Part shown: one piece after another, positions 6,941 through 17,540 of the stretch
How positions within the stretch are numbered: the first letter of the stretch is position 1
How the letters are laid out: each line of letters starts with the position of its first letter
Source: Aquificales bacterium
GTDB lineage: Bacteria > Aquificota > Aquificia > Aquificales > QOAS01
Direction of reading: 5' to 3'
Assembly: GCA_027036735.1 (NCBI GenBank)
Contig: JALWDU010000107.1
Location: forward strand, 1,037-65,036
DNA length: 64,000 nucleotides
Made by a program: the position numbers and the translations under genes
Notes under the pieces: model-generated
Seen by the model: the letters and a program-made list of their open reading frames with translations, nothing else
Told to the model about the DNA's origin: nothing
Databases searched by the model: none

Positions 6941-6968
6941 CCCCGCGGAGCGGGCTTTATTTTTTATT
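6941..6968 (+). terminator. Rho-independent terminator
   Basis: CCCGC-GGA-GCGGG hairpin (6942-6954) followed by CTTTATTTTTTATT. Confidence 0.6.
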
Positions 6969-6973
6969 AAGAA

Positions 6974-7882
6974 ATGGCAAAGGAGCTAAAGCGCGGTATA
7001 GTTGTGGAACGTGCGGGACAGAAGATTGGGGTATACCTGCCCGAGGAGAGGAAAACCTACCGCGGTATCCCCATGGGTAAAGTCCGCAAAAAGACCCGCA
7101 TATACGCGGGGGACTACGTCAGGGGTAGGGTGGTAGACCAAAACACCTTTGCGATAGAGGAGGTCGAAGAGCGGAAAAACCTCTTGGTGCGCCCTCCGGT
7201 TGCGAATGTCGACCGCGTCGTGATAGTGGAGACGATAGAGCACCCCCCGTTTCAACACTTTTTGCTCGACAACCTCTTGGTGGTCTACGATTATCTTGGT
7301 CTCGACACCGTCATAGTCTTCAACAAGATAGACCTACTTTCGGAGGAGGGTAAAAGGCAACTCCAAAAGTGGGAAAAAATTTACACCGACGCCGGTTACG
7401 ACGTTTTGAAGGTTTCCGCCAAAACGGGTGAGGGTATAGAGGCTTTAAAGGACTACCTGAAGGGTCAGGTCTGCATTTTGGCGGGTCCCTCGGGGGTTGG
7501 TAAGAGTTCCATACTCTCGGCTCTAACCGGCTTGCAGCTGCGCACCCAGGAGGTTAGCGAAAAGACCGAAAGGGGAAGGCACACCACAACCGGCGTCCAC
7601 CTGATACCCTTCGGTGAGGGCTCCTTTATAGGCGACACGCCCGGCTTTTCAAAGGTCGAGGCGCTCCAGTTTATGCCGAAGGAGGAGGTTAGACTCCACT
7701 TCCCCGAGTTTCTGCGCTACCGGTGTAAGTTTTCCAACTGCATGCACCTAAACGAGGAGGGTTGCGAGGTTAGGGAAGCCCTAAAGAGGGGTGAGATTTC
7801 CTGCGAACGCTACAAGAGTTATCTGAAGATGATTAAGGAATACGTCGATTGGCTCAAGGATTATTGCCGGGAGGAGGATTGA
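6974..7882 (+). CDS. rsgA: Ribosome small subunit-dependent GTPase A
   Basis: Circularly permuted GTPase motifs NKIDLL, GPSGVGKSS and DTPGF, plus a C-terminal zinc site CKFSNCMHLNEEGC. Confidence 0.9.
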   Translation: MAKELKRGIVVERAGQKIGVYLPEERKTYRGIPMGKVRKKTRIYAGDYVRGRVVDQNTFAIEEVEERKNLLVRPPVANVDRVVIVETIEHPPFQHFLLDNLLVVYDYLGLDTVIVFNKIDLLSEEGKRQLQKWEKIYTDAGYDVLKVSAKTGEGIEALKDYLKGQVCILAGPSGVGKSSILSALTGLQLRTQEVSEKTERGRHTTTGVHLIPFGEGSFIGDTPGFSKVEALQFMPKEEVRLHFPEFLRYRCKFSNCMHLNEEGCEVREALKRGEISCERYKSYLKMIKEYVDWLKDYCREED

Positions 7883-7956
7883 TTTTCTTTCCCCCCTTTG
7901 GGTTTTCTCCGAAATTCAACCCCGAGGGTGGGATAATCTTTTTTCCTTAACCCGCC

Positions 7957-9219
7957 ATGGACAAGAATATGGAGAACTTCGAGTTTCCCCGCATCAGGAG
8001 GTTGCCCGAATACGTCTTCGAGCAGGTCAACAAGATTAAGTATCAACTCCGAAGGGAGGGAAAGGACATAGTTGACTTCGGTATGGGAAATCCCGACATT
8101 CCCCCTCCCAAGCATGTGGTGGAAAAGCTTTGCGAGGTCGCCAAAAGGAAAAACGTTCACGGCTATTCCTCTTCGAGGGGTATCCCGCGGCTTAGGAAGG
8201 CTTTGGCGAATTTCTACAAAAGGAGGTTTGGCGTAGAGCTCGACCCGGAGAGAGAGGTAATTCTCACCATAGGGGCTAAGGAAGGTTATTCCCACCTTAT
8301 GTTGGCTATGCTCTCGCCGGGCGACAGCGCCATAGTCCCCACCCCCACCTACCCGATACACTACTACGCCCCCATCATAGTCGGTGCGGAGGTTAGGGCG
8401 CTTCCCCTACCGATGGAGCTCGAGGGGGAGGAGTTTCAGGAAGAGTTTTTGAGGAGGCTCTACGATGTTTACAACTCGTCGATGCCCAGCCCCTCGGTGC
8501 TGGTTATAAGCTTTCCCCACAACCCCACCACCCTCACGGTAGAGCTCGACTTTTTTAAAGAAATCGTGAGGTTCGCCAAGAAAAACAACCTCTGGGTCGT
8601 CCACGACAACGCCTACGCCGACATCTATTTCGACGACTACGTTCCCCCCTCCCTACTGCAGGTCGAGGGGGCTAAGGATGTGGCGGTGGAGCTCTACTCT
8701 CTTTCCAAGAGCTTTTCCATGGCGGGTTGGAGGGTAGCCTTTGCGGTCGGCAACCCCGTTTTGGTCAGGAACCTGCAGAGGCTAAAGAGCTACCTCGATT
8801 ACGGGGTCTTTACCCCCATACAGGTGGCGGCTATCGTCGCCCTCGAGAGCGACTATTCGGTCGTGAGGGAGATAGCGAAGGTTTACGAAAAGCGGAGAAA
8901 CCACCTGGTTAACGGTCTAAACCGCATCGGTTGGAAGGTGAGAAAGCCCAAGGCGACCATGTTCGTCTGGGCGAAAATCCCCGAGTATTTCACCGAAGTG
9001 AAGGGTATGGGTTCCCTCGATTTCGCCAAGTTCCTCCTATACGAGGCGGGTGTCGCCGTTTCCCCGGGGATAGGTTTCGGTAAGCACGGCGAGGGGTGGG
9101 TGCGCTTCGCCCTTGTGGAGAACGAGATGAGAATTAAGCAGGCGGTGAGGGGTATAAAGCGAGCTTTCAAAAAGGCTGGGTTTTACGATTATCGGGAAAA
9201 GGGAAAGGTGAATGCTTAA
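7957..9219 (+). CDS. PLP-dependent aminotransferase, class I/II (Asp/Ala aminotransferase type)
   Basis: 420 aa, with [20 protein letters not shown] and the PLP-lysine block [15 protein letters not shown]. Confidence 0.8.
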   Translation: MDKNMENFEFPRIRRLPEYVFEQVNKIKYQLRREGKDIVDFGMGNPDIPPPKHVVEKLCEVAKRKNVHGYSSSRGIPRLRKALANFYKRRFGVELDPEREVILTIGAKEGYSHLMLAMLSPGDSAIVPTPTYPIHYYAPIIVGAEVRALPLPMELEGEEFQEEFLRRLYDVYNSSMPSPSVLVISFPHNPTTLTVELDFFKEIVRFAKKNNLWVVHDNAYADIYFDDYVPPSLLQVEGAKDVAVELYSLSKSFSMAGWRVAFAVGNPVLVRNLQRLKSYLDYGVFTPIQVAAIVALESDYSVVREIAKVYEKRRNHLVNGLNRIGWKVRKPKATMFVWAKIPEYFTEVKGMGSLDFAKFLLYEAGVAVSPGIGFGKHGEGWVRFALVENEMRIKQAVRGIKRAFKKAGFYDYREKGKVNA

Positions 9220-9943
9220 GGCGGTAGAATTGACAAAAAATTACGGCGGTAGGGAGATACTCAAAGGGGTTGGTATTGAAGTGCCTAAAGGGAAAATAGT
9301 CGGTTTATTGGGTCCCAACGGGGCTGGGAAGACCACCACCTTTAGGTGCATCATAGGCTTCGAAATTCCCGACAGCGGGGAGGTTCTCCTCGACGGGGAG
9401 GACATAACCAATCTTCCACCCTACGAGAGGGCTCGGAGGGGATTGGCTTTCCTCCCGCAGGAACCCTCCATATTTCCCGACCTAACGGTGTTCGAGAATA
9501 TTCTGATGTTTGCCGAACTCCTCGCGGAGGATAGGGAGAAGGCGGAAGTCCAAACGGTGGAGATACTCAAAGACTTCAACCTCTACCACTTAAAGGACAG
9601 CAAAGCGGGTTCCCTTTCGGGTGGGGAGAGGAGACGGCTGGAGATAGCGCGCCTCTTTCTGAAGACCCCCAAATACCTACTTTTGGACGAACCTTTTGCC
9701 GGTGTAGACCCCAAACAGGTGGGCGAGATAAAGAGGCTCATAGGGGAGCTAAAGGAGCGCTACGCGGATATCCACCCCATAGGGATACTTATCACCGACC
9801 ACAACGTGTGGGAGACTATGAAGTTTGTCGAATGGGTCTATATCCTCGACGGGGGAAGGGTTATCTTCTCCGGTCTGCCCGAAGACGCCGCACGGCACCC
9901 CGAGGTGCGCCGCCGCTATCTGGGAGAGGACTTTAAACTTTAG
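9212..9943 (+). CDS. lptB: LPS export ABC transporter ATP-binding protein
   Basis: Walker [10 protein letters not shown], signature [13 protein letters not shown] and Walker [13 protein letters not shown]. The 243-aa length and sequence are typical of LptB. Confidence 0.8.
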   Translation: MLKAVELTKNYGGREILKGVGIEVPKGKIVGLLGPNGAGKTTTFRCIIGFEIPDSGEVLLDGEDITNLPPYERARRGLAFLPQEPSIFPDLTVFENILMFAELLAEDREKAEVQTVEILKDFNLYHLKDSKAGSLSGGERRRLEIARLFLKTPKYLLLDEPFAGVDPKQVGEIKRLIGELKERYADIHPIGILITDHNVWETMKFVEWVYILDGGRVIFSGLPEDAARHPEVRRRYLGEDFKL

Positions 9944-9947
9944 CCTT

Positions 9948-10472
9948 ATGGAACACCTCTGGGCGTTTTGGCGGAGCCATTACATAGAAAATGTGGATAA
10001 GATTTCCTCCGACTGTTTCCTCTGCGAGGCTGTAAAACAACCTCCGGAAAAGCACCGCTCCTATCTGGTTTTGCATAAGGGGAAGACCGCCTTTGTGATA
10101 ATGAACCTCTACCCCTACAACGGGGGGCATCTGATGGTATGCCCCATAAGGCACACCGACGACTTTACCTCCCTCTCGGAGGAGGAGCTTCTCGAGATTA
10201 ACAAACTGGTTCAGGCGTCTATAAAGGCTTTGAAGTGGACGATTTCCCCCCACGGGTTCAATGTCGGGTGGAATTTGGGAAGGGTAGCCGGCGCGGGTCT
10301 CGAGAGCCACATTCACTGCCACATAGTCCCCCGATGGAACGGCGACACCAACTTTATGCCGGTATTGGGTGCGACGAAGGTAATCTCCCAACACTTTTTG
10401 GAGCTCTACGACAGGATAAAACCGAACCTCGACAAGGTAATAGAGGAGATGGGTCTCCCAAAGGGGGTGTAA
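9948..10472 (+). CDS. HIT family hydrolase (histidine triad protein)
   Basis: Histidine triad HIHCHIVPRW. Start set at ATG 9948 (MEHLWAFW...). The longer track ORF from 9825 overlaps lptB. Confidence 0.8.
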   Translation: MEHLWAFWRSHYIENVDKISSDCFLCEAVKQPPEKHRSYLVLHKGKTAFVIMNLYPYNGGHLMVCPIRHTDDFTSLSEEELLEINKLVQASIKALKWTISPHGFNVGWNLGRVAGAGLESHIHCHIVPRWNGDTNFMPVLGATKVISQHFLELYDRIKPNLDKVIEEMGLPKGV

Positions 10473-10476
10473 GGGT

Positions 10477-11406
10477 TTACCTTTCCCCCTTTGGAGGTTT
10501 CAGTTCTATCCGACCGGCATAGACGTAGCCCTTTGCCAAACCGAGTTGGGGATTTACGCTTACAACCCAAACCGTTGTGGGAACAACATAGACCTTCGCC
10601 TGACCCAAAACGGTGTATATCTGCTTTAGGTAATACCCCAAGTTGTTATAGGTCTTTTTTGGAATTTCCCCCAAATGGGCGTAGGTGTCCCTTTTCAACC
10701 TCTCGAGGAAATCCTCGAAGTTTTGCGCCGAAGAGTAGTAGGAGTTCAAAACGGCGTATAGCCCCTCATTTTGGGCTCTGTAGAGCAGGTATATGAGGGC
10801 GTAGAGGTTGTCTATCGGATAGTAGGGGTTGTGGTAGGGAATAAGTTTTATAGAAAGGTTTTCCCGCTTCGCGGTTTCCAAGAGTTCTTTCCACCTGTCG
10901 AAGCAGACCTTACAGAAGGGGCTCCACACAATGTAAACGGTTTTTTTGCCCTCCGTTAGCGTCAGGGGTAGGTTTCCCTCTATGGCTATGCGTTCGACGT
11001 CGAGTATCCAACCCACGTTTTCGAGGGGGTATTCCTTAGCCTCTTTGGGGATTATCGGATAGGCGGCGTTTCCCCTAACGAGGTATCCGTAGGTAAATAA
11101 AACCTTCCCGTCGGAGGTTAGCCATACGTATCGGTTGAACACCGCGTGGTCGATGGGTGAATAGACCTTTACGAGGTATTTGTTTAGGTATTTCTCCTCC
11201 GAAGGGGTCGCCTTATAAACGCCTACTATCTCCCACCCTTTGGGGAATACAGAATTTAAGACCTCCTTAAGGTGCTTCGCCTCTTCCCCCTTTAGGGGTT
11301 GGTAGGAGGTGCCGTTTTCGGCGGGTGGGGGCGGGGGCGTGCTTTCCGAACCGCAGGACGCCAGCAGAAAGACCCCCGCGCAAGCGGGCAACAGTTTCTT
11401 TAGCAT
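10477..11406 (-). CDS. Thioredoxin-fold lipoprotein (DsbC/DsbG-like), CxxC = CKVC
   Basis: Lipobox signal MLKKLLPACAGVFLLASCGS at the internal Met (CAT 11404-11406), and SPFCKVCFDRW. Confidence 0.6.
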   Translation of the reverse strand: MLKKLLPACAGVFLLASCGSESTPPPPPAENGTSYQPLKGEEAKHLKEVLNSVFPKGWEIVGVYKATPSEEKYLNKYLVKVYSPIDHAVFNRYVWLTSDGKVLFTYGYLVRGNAAYPIIPKEAKEYPLENVGWILDVERIAIEGNLPLTLTEGKKTVYIVWSPFCKVCFDRWKELLETAKRENLSIKLIPYHNPYYPIDNLYALIYLLYRAQNEGLYAVLNSYYSSAQNFEDFLERLKRDTYAHLGEIPKKTYNNLGYYLKQIYTVLGQAKVYVVPTTVWVVSVNPQLGLAKGYVYAGRIELKPPKGER

Positions 11407-11417
11407 AAGAAAAGACT

Positions 11418-12212
11418 TTAATCCCTCGGCGGGAACCCGTAAAACCAATCTTGGAGGAAAACTATAAACCTGTATCCCATGAGGATAAACACCGAAACGG
11501 TGTAAACCCATATTAGGAAGACCAAAATTCCCGCCAGGGGTGTGAGGATTATGTTTTTCAACAAAAAGTGGGTCGCATACCAGGTGAATAAAGACTTTAG
11601 GGGGTTTAGGGATAGGGCTACGAAGAAGGAGACCAAAAGAGTTATACGCTTTTTTATCCTAACCGGCGAGAGGAGCCAATAGACGATAAACAACCCTATG
11701 GGGAAGGCGAGGTAATCGAGGGCAACCTTAAAGGTGAAAAATACTTTAACCGCGAGGGGGTAAACGAATTTGACGTTTTCCAAGAGGTGGAGGACGACGC
11801 CTATCGCCATGTCGGTGAAGCCGTAAAAGAGCATCAGGAAGCCGAATACAAAGGGGAGGATGTAGTTAACCCAGGGTATCTGTCTCGGTTTTACCCCCGC
11901 TATGTGGGAAAAGGCTACCTCCAGGTTCCTCAAAAAGTTCCCTATGAAGAAGACCACCAGTAGGAGGGTGAGTATTTGAACCCTCACCGAAAGGTTTTCG
12001 ACCGAATTGAAGATTAGGTGAACCACATTTTGGGAGACGTTTGGAAAGACCTCGTAGAGTTTCTTGAGTATCCACTCCTTTGAGGGGATGTATTTGAGGA
12101 CGGTACCGAGAAATATCACCGACGCGTTGAGGGTCAAAAAGGCGGAAAAGGAGACCGCCGCCGCGTGGTAGCCGTAACCCTTTTCGAAGAAGTCGGTTAA
12201 AACCCTCCACAA
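11418..12212 (-). CDS. YihY/BrkB family inner membrane protein
   Basis: 264 aa, polytopic. The N-terminus GYHAAAVSFSAFLTL is typical of the YihY family. Confidence 0.7.
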   Translation of the reverse strand: MWRVLTDFFEKGYGYHAAAVSFSAFLTLNASVIFLGTVLKYIPSKEWILKKLYEVFPNVSQNVVHLIFNSVENLSVRVQILTLLLVVFFIGNFLRNLEVAFSHIAGVKPRQIPWVNYILPFVFGFLMLFYGFTDMAIGVVLHLLENVKFVYPLAVKVFFTFKVALDYLAFPIGLFIVYWLLSPVRIKKRITLLVSFFVALSLNPLKSLFTWYATHFLLKNIILTPLAGILVFLIWVYTVSVFILMGYRFIVFLQDWFYGFPPRD

Positions 12213-12248
12213 AAGTCGCAGAAAGGTTTTAAAAATAGCAACCCTCCC

Positions 12249-12587
12249 TTAAAAGTTGTATTTGTCGAATATCAAATCCAATATGAGGGGTTGTATCTCG
12301 ACCCTCCACTCGCGGATGGGCAGGTCGTTTTTACCCACTATCATTACCATACCGCTGTTTTCGAGGTAGAGCAGAACCTTAACCACATCTACGAAATCGC
12401 AGGGAAAGAGTTGGGAGAGCTCCTCTATATCGTAGGAGGGAAAGGGAATAGTCGCGTTTTTATACCTCTCGAGAAGCTCGTTTTTCAGGTCGTAGAGCAG
12501 GCTTTCGAAATCGCAGGGTTTCTTCTTCTCCTCCCTCTTTTTCTCCTTCAACCTGTTAAACTCCTTTCTTTCGAGGTATGCGTCCAT
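12249..12587 (-). CDS. Hypothetical protein (112 aa)
   Basis: ORF track only. Lys/Glu-rich N-terminus, no family recognised. Confidence 0.45.
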   Translation of the reverse strand: MDAYLERKEFNRLKEKKREEKKKPCDFESLLYDLKNELLERYKNATIPFPSYDIEELSQLFPCDFVDVVKVLLYLENSGMVMIVGKNDLPIREWRVEIQPLILDLIFDKYNF

Positions 12588-12628
12588 AACAGTTTAAAAC
12601 TTTAAGCGAAAGGAGACGGGCGGCTCTG

Positions 12629-13522
12629 TCAGCCGACAAAGAAGAGCAACAGGGCGAAAAAGGCTAGGATTATTCCCGCCACCTGGCGAAAGGTTAACCT
12701 CTCCCCCAAAAGCAGGTAGGAGAGTAATGCCCCTATAGGGGTGGAGGTCGAAAATATAGCCTCCACAACGGGGGTTTCCTCCGGGGGAACCCACTTAAAG
12801 GGGAGTATCGACAGAACAAACCCGAAGGAGGTTAAAAGTCCACCTATAGCCGCCCACTTTAGGACTTTCCCGTTCTTAAAAACCTTTTGGAGGAGCTTTG
12901 CGGAGGTTGACCCGTAAAGGGCTAAGAGTGCGGACAGGAATATCGCAAACATGTAGAGGGAAGTGTAAAAGGCGACCGCAAAGAGGTTCACGCGGTAGAC
13001 GTTTAGAAGCCTAAAAAGTTCCCATCCAAAGAGCGCCCACCCAAAGGCGGTTATTAGGGGTAGGAGGTAAACCCTTTTAGGGGTTTTTCTCCCCTTTTCC
13101 CCGTTGGAGGTTATCAGGTAGACCGAGAGGAGTATGAGAGCTATGGAAAACCCCTTTTGGGGTGGGGGAAGTTTTCCCTCGAAGAGGAACACCAAAAGCG
13201 TTAGGAAAACCGGCGATAGGTTGGCTAGTGTTATCGAAACCCCTACGGGGAGGTATTTGAAACTTTCGAACAGAGAGAGAATCGCGACGGCACCCACCGC
13301 CGAGAGGAAGACCAATTCCAACAGAGCGCCGGGCGAGGGGAGGGAGAAATCTCCAAATAGGGCGCATAGGGAGAAATCGATAACCGTCAGCAGGGCGTAA
13401 ACGAGGGTGAGCGCCGGAAGGGTTCCGACCGCCAGGACTACCCTCTTGTTGAATATCTGATTGAGGGAGTAAAAGAAAGCCGCGCCGAGCGCGGAGAGGT
13501 AGGCTAAAAGCCGTTTATCCAT
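12629..13522 (-). CDS. EamA/DMT family transporter
   Basis: 297 aa with about 10 hydrophobic segments in a duplicated EamA-like pattern. Confidence 0.7.
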   Translation of the reverse strand: MDKRLLAYLSALGAAFFYSLNQIFNKRVVLAVGTLPALTLVYALLTVIDFSLCALFGDFSLPSPGALLELVFLSAVGAVAILSLFESFKYLPVGVSITLANLSPVFLTLLVFLFEGKLPPPQKGFSIALILLSVYLITSNGEKGRKTPKRVYLLPLITAFGWALFGWELFRLLNVYRVNLFAVAFYTSLYMFAIFLSALLALYGSTSAKLLQKVFKNGKVLKWAAIGGLLTSFGFVLSILPFKWVPPEETPVVEAIFSTSTPIGALLSYLLLGERLTFRQVAGIILAFFALLLFFVG

Positions 13523-13530
13523 AAATTTTG

Positions 13531-14307
13531 TTATTTAGTTCCGTTATCCTCCAAACCCAATTCCTTCTTAAGCTGGGCTTCGGGAAGGGCGCCGACGACC
13601 TTTTTACCGCTTTCGGTTATCATAGTGGGGGTTCCGCTAACGCCTATCTTGTTTCCGAGCTGAATGGATTTCTCTATAAACTCCTTACCGCGTTCGCACT
13701 GCCACTCTTTTAGCTTCTTCATTCTCTCGGGAGTCCAATATTTGTTAAAGAGACCTTCCCAACCTATGTGTTGGCATACCATTGCGACCGCCTTTTCCTT
13801 GGCGTGGGGGTGGAACCACAGCGGGAAAAGGATAACCTTAACCTTTATCTTGCCCTCGTCGGCTAGCTTCTTGAGAGTCGGTTCCAACCTGTGGCAGAAG
13901 GGACATTCGGGGTCGGTAAAGAGGTAAACGGTTTTTCCCTTAGTGCCGTAGGTGAAGACCACATACTTTTCGAGCTCCTTAACCTGCTCGGGGGATAGTT
14001 TGTTAAGTTCCTCCAACTCCTTGCGGGTGATGTTTTCGAGGTTTTTGAGGTCGAAGATGTTTACGAAGGGACGGCTTCCGAGAAGTATGTATTTCCCGCT
14101 CTCGTCGGTGTAGAGGATATACTTCTGCCCTCCGAGGGCGACAACAGCCTCGCACAGACCCTTTATGGGTGCGGGTCTAACCTTCACAACCTTTAGGGGT
14201 GCCCTAAAGATTTTCTTAATGTCCTGCTGAACGATTTGGGGGTTGGGACAGGCGAGGGCAAAGGAGCCCAAACCGAGCGCAATTGCACCAAAAATCTTTT
14301 TAACCAT
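13531..14307 (-). CDS. Periplasmic thiol:disulfide interchange protein (DsbC/DsbG-like)
   Basis: Signal peptide from MVKKIFGAIALGLGSFALA (CAT 14305-14307). Thioredoxin motif TDPECPFCHRLEP and GTPTM cis-Pro loop. Confidence 0.7.
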   Translation of the reverse strand: MVKKIFGAIALGLGSFALACPNPQIVQQDIKKIFRAPLKVVKVRPAPIKGLCEAVVALGGQKYILYTDESGKYILLGSRPFVNIFDLKNLENITRKELEELNKLSPEQVKELEKYVVFTYGTKGKTVYLFTDPECPFCHRLEPTLKKLADEGKIKVKVILFPLWFHPHAKEKAVAMVCQHIGWEGLFNKYWTPERMKKLKEWQCERGKEFIEKSIQLGNKIGVSGTPTMITESGKKVVGALPEAQLKKELGLEDNGTK

Positions 14308-14387
14308 AGTTAATATATTCTCCGCCCACGCGGTGGTGGCTGTTCCTTTTAACATCCCATTAAGGGAGGGGGTTTAAATAACCCCCT

Positions 14388-15275
14388 ATGGGTTCGGTCG
14401 AACACTTCCCCGTCCTCTTGGAGGAGACGGTTAACCTCCTATCCCGCGAGGGGGAGGCGGTTTACGTAGACGCCACAATAGGGTTGGGGGGACACTCCTA
14501 CGAACTTTTGAGGAGAAATCCCAAAGCCTACCTAATAGGGATAGACAAAGACCCAAACGCCTTGGAGGTTGCCGAGAGACGCCTAAAGGAGTTCGAGGGT
14601 CGCTTTTCCCTCTACCAAGCCGACTACAGTGATATAGACGAGGTTCTTAAGGCTGAAGGGGTGGAGGCTGTCGACGGGATACTTATGGACTTGGGGGTTT
14701 CCATGCTCCAGCTGAAGACCCCCGAAAGGGGTTTCTCCTTTATGGAGGAGGCACCCCTCGATATGAGGATGGACCCCCGGCAGAGGCTAACCGCCTACGA
14801 TGTGGTAAACCGCTATTCGGAACGGGAGCTCGCCCGCATTATCAGAGAGTATGGGGAGGAGAGGTTTGCCCCGCGCATAGCGCGGGCTATAGTTCAATAC
14901 AGGAGAAAAAAACCGATAGAGACCACCCGAGAACTCGCCGAGATAGTCGAAAGAGCTGTTCCGAAGGGCTTTTACAGGAGGATACACCCGGCGACTAAAA
15001 CCTTTCAGGCTATCCGCATAGAGGTCAACAGGGAGTTGGAACACCTAAAGGAGGCGCTTTTAAAAATTCCCAACCTCCTAAAGGTGGGTGGAAGGGTGGC
15101 GGTTATCTCCTTCCACTCGTTGGAGGATAGAATCGTAAAGCACACCTTTAGGCACTTCGAGAAAGAGGGACTTTTAAAGGTGCTTACCAAAAAGCCGATA
15201 ACCCCCTCGGAGGAGGAGATAAGGAAAAATCCCCCCTCGAGGAGTGCAAAACTTAGAGCCGCCGAAAGGGTTTGA
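14388..15275 (+). CDS. rsmH: 16S rRNA (cytosine1402-N4)-methyltransferase
   Basis: HFPVLLEE N-terminus, [15 protein letters not shown] and [11 protein letters not shown], typical of RsmH/MraW. Confidence 0.9.
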   Translation: MGSVEHFPVLLEETVNLLSREGEAVYVDATIGLGGHSYELLRRNPKAYLIGIDKDPNALEVAERRLKEFEGRFSLYQADYSDIDEVLKAEGVEAVDGILMDLGVSMLQLKTPERGFSFMEEAPLDMRMDPRQRLTAYDVVNRYSERELARIIREYGEERFAPRIARAIVQYRRKKPIETTRELAEIVERAVPKGFYRRIHPATKTFQAIRIEVNRELEHLKEALLKIPNLLKVGGRVAVISFHSLEDRIVKHTFRHFEKEGLLKVLTKKPITPSEEEIRKNPPSRSAKLRAAERV

Positions 15276-15334
15276 TTTGCCTTTTTTCCTTACGGGGTCT
15301 AATTTGATTTTCAAAACCTTTGGGAGGTAGAGAA

Positions 15335-16198
15335 ATGTATTACATCGACCCCTTTAGCGCCCTGATGAATATGCTCTGGTGGCTCTTAATCCTCTTTATC
15401 TTCCTCCAGCCGTGGTTTTCCAAATACCAGCTTCAAAGGGCGAGGGAGACCCTAATCCGCCGACTCGAACGCAAGCGCGGGAGCCGTGTTATCACGATGA
15501 TACACCGCCAGGAGACGATGGGATTTCTCGGCATACCCCTCTTTAGGTTTATAACGATTGAGGACTCGGAGGAGGTTCTAAGGGCTATCCGCATGACCCC
15601 CGACGATATGCCCATAGACTTCATAATCCACACGCCCGGCGGTTTGGCTCTGGCGGCTACCCAGATAGCGAACGCCCTTGCCGACCACAAGGGTGAGGTC
15701 AGGGTTATAGTCCCCCACTACGCGATGAGCGGCGGAACGCTTATAGCCCTAGCGGCGGACAAGATTATTATGGACAAACACGCCGTTTTGGGACCCGTTG
15801 ACCCCCAATTGGGACAGATGCCGGCGGCTTCCATTAAGAAGGCTGTCGAAACCAAACCGGTGGAGAAGCTCGAAGACCAAACCCTAATTCTCGGAGACGT
15901 AGCCGAGAAAGCCCTAAAGCAGATGTACGACTACGTTTACAACCTACTCCTCAAGAAGGGTTATTCCGAAGAGGTCGCAAAGAGGGTTGCCGAAGACTTT
16001 TCCCAAGGTAAGTGGACTCACGATTACCCCTTGACCTACGACCTGCTTAAGGAATACGGGCTTAGGGTCTCCACCGATGTGCCGGAGGAGGTCTATGAGC
16101 TTATGGAACTCTACCCCCAACCGAAGCAAAACGCCGTCCCCTCGGTGCAATACATACCGGTTCCCTACAAAAAGGAAACCAAAGTGGGGAACGGTTAA
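15335..16198 (+). CDS. Membrane-anchored ClpP-fold serine protease (SDH/periplasmic serine protease family)
   Basis: Start at MYYID (GGGAGG upstream). N-terminal TM segment, and HTPGGLALAA ... AMSGGTLIALAADK is a ClpP-class pattern. Confidence 0.65.
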   Translation: MYYIDPFSALMNMLWWLLILFIFLQPWFSKYQLQRARETLIRRLERKRGSRVITMIHRQETMGFLGIPLFRFITIEDSEEVLRAIRMTPDDMPIDFIIHTPGGLALAATQIANALADHKGEVRVIVPHYAMSGGTLIALAADKIIMDKHAVLGPVDPQLGQMPAASIKKAVETKPVEKLEDQTLILGDVAEKALKQMYDYVYNLLLKKGYSEEVAKRVAEDFSQGKWTHDYPLTYDLLKEYGLRVSTDVPEEVYELMELYPQPKQNAVPSVQYIPVPYKKETKVGNG

Positions 16199-16219
16199 AA
16201 CTTCTCCCTTTAGGGGTCT

Positions 16220-17290
16220 CTACTTTACCCTTATCACCCTTTCGGTTTCGTCTATTTCGAAAACGTCCCCCAAAAAGTGTTTTACAACCTCTATATTCGT
16301 CCTTAGGTGGTCGGTAAATTCGGGAACCTTTATCTCCCCACCGGCGAGGGCGAGAATGGGGATTAGGTGGTCTGCCAGGTGGCGGTCAACCGTTGCGCCG
16401 CTCTCCCAATCTTCGACCAGTTTTTGCGCCGCTTCCCTCCCCACAATCTCGGCGAGTTTCCCCTTTTTTCCGAGCGAGTCGGCTCCCAAAATGTTGCCCC
16501 TATCGTCGGTAAGCCAGAGGGTAATAGAGGTGCCTATGCCGTCGGCATCGACGTAAAAGTTCATAACCGAAGCCTTTCGGTTCCACCGCTCCTTTAGGTA
16601 TTCAATAGCGCCGAGGCGCTGACGCTCGGCGACCTTCCTTTCCTGCAAAAACTTGTGGGCTACCGATATACCGCGAATCTTTTTTAAAGTCCCCTGTTCG
16701 GGTTTATTAAGCTTTAAATTACTCTTTACAAAGGTCTTAATCTCCTCCACCCCGAAAAGGTGGTATTGGAGTCTGCTCTCCACCTGGAGGGAGACGTATC
16801 CCCCCCCTTCGGGGTAAAAACCCCTCCTTATCACCCTAAAGGAGACCCTGTTTGCCAAAGGCTCCAAATGGGGTAGGAAGACATTTTGAACCCAGTCGGC
16901 GGTCGGCGCGTTCGGAACGTCCGTTCCACCCCTAACCGCTATTAGGAACCTCTTGGGGACGAAAAACGCCAGGGGCAACACCGTTTGGAAGAAGAGTGAA
17001 ACGCTCGCCGCCGTTTCGAGGTTTATCCTATAAGCCCCGCTTTTGAGGGTTTTCGGTTCGAAAATCAGGTGGGTAGAACCTTCATAAGCACCCTCCACAT
17101 AGGCGTTGGTTATGTATTGGAGGGCTTTAACCACACCGAGGTGCTGTTTTTTCAAACCCTTCGGGTCGCGCTTTGCGCGGATATTCTTTATCTCGATAGG
17201 AACGCCGAGGAGGGAACTCATAAAAAGGGCGGTTCTCACTATCTGCCCGCCACCCTCCCCAATAGAGCCGTCTATCACCAAGCGGGACAT
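16220..17290 (-). CDS. rtcA: RNA 3'-terminal phosphate cyclase
   Basis: IDGSIGEGGGQIVRTAL N-terminus, and 356 aa is typical of RtcA. Confidence 0.85.
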   Translation of the reverse strand: MSRLVIDGSIGEGGGQIVRTALFMSSLLGVPIEIKNIRAKRDPKGLKKQHLGVVKALQYITNAYVEGAYEGSTHLIFEPKTLKSGAYRINLETAASVSLFFQTVLPLAFFVPKRFLIAVRGGTDVPNAPTADWVQNVFLPHLEPLANRVSFRVIRRGFYPEGGGYVSLQVESRLQYHLFGVEEIKTFVKSNLKLNKPEQGTLKKIRGISVAHKFLQERKVAERQRLGAIEYLKERWNRKASVMNFYVDADGIGTSITLWLTDDRGNILGADSLGKKGKLAEIVGREAAQKLVEDWESGATVDRHLADHLIPILALAGGEIKVPEFTDHLRTNIEVVKHFLGDVFEIDETERVIRVK

Positions 17291-17540
17291 GGAAGTTTAT
17301 TATTCCCACCCATTTTTGAATTGTTTCTTTCACAAAGATTTAATAGCCCGCCTTCGGCGGGAACCATTCCACACCTCGGTAGGGGTGTCCGTAAAAACCC
17401 TTTGTTGGAACGTTTCCGCAATCTCCAATAAATGGATATGAAGCAACCTTAAAAAACCCATTAATGGAACGATAAGAAAGGTGTAAAACCTTCGGGAGGT
17501 TTGCAATCGAAGGATTAAACCGAAAGGGGGGGAAGTTCCT

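Noticed and set aside
9825-9947. N-terminal 41-codon extension of the HIT protein ORF
   Set aside because: It overlaps the lptB 3' end in another frame. The HIT homology begins at MEHLWAFW (ATG 9948), right after the lptB stop.
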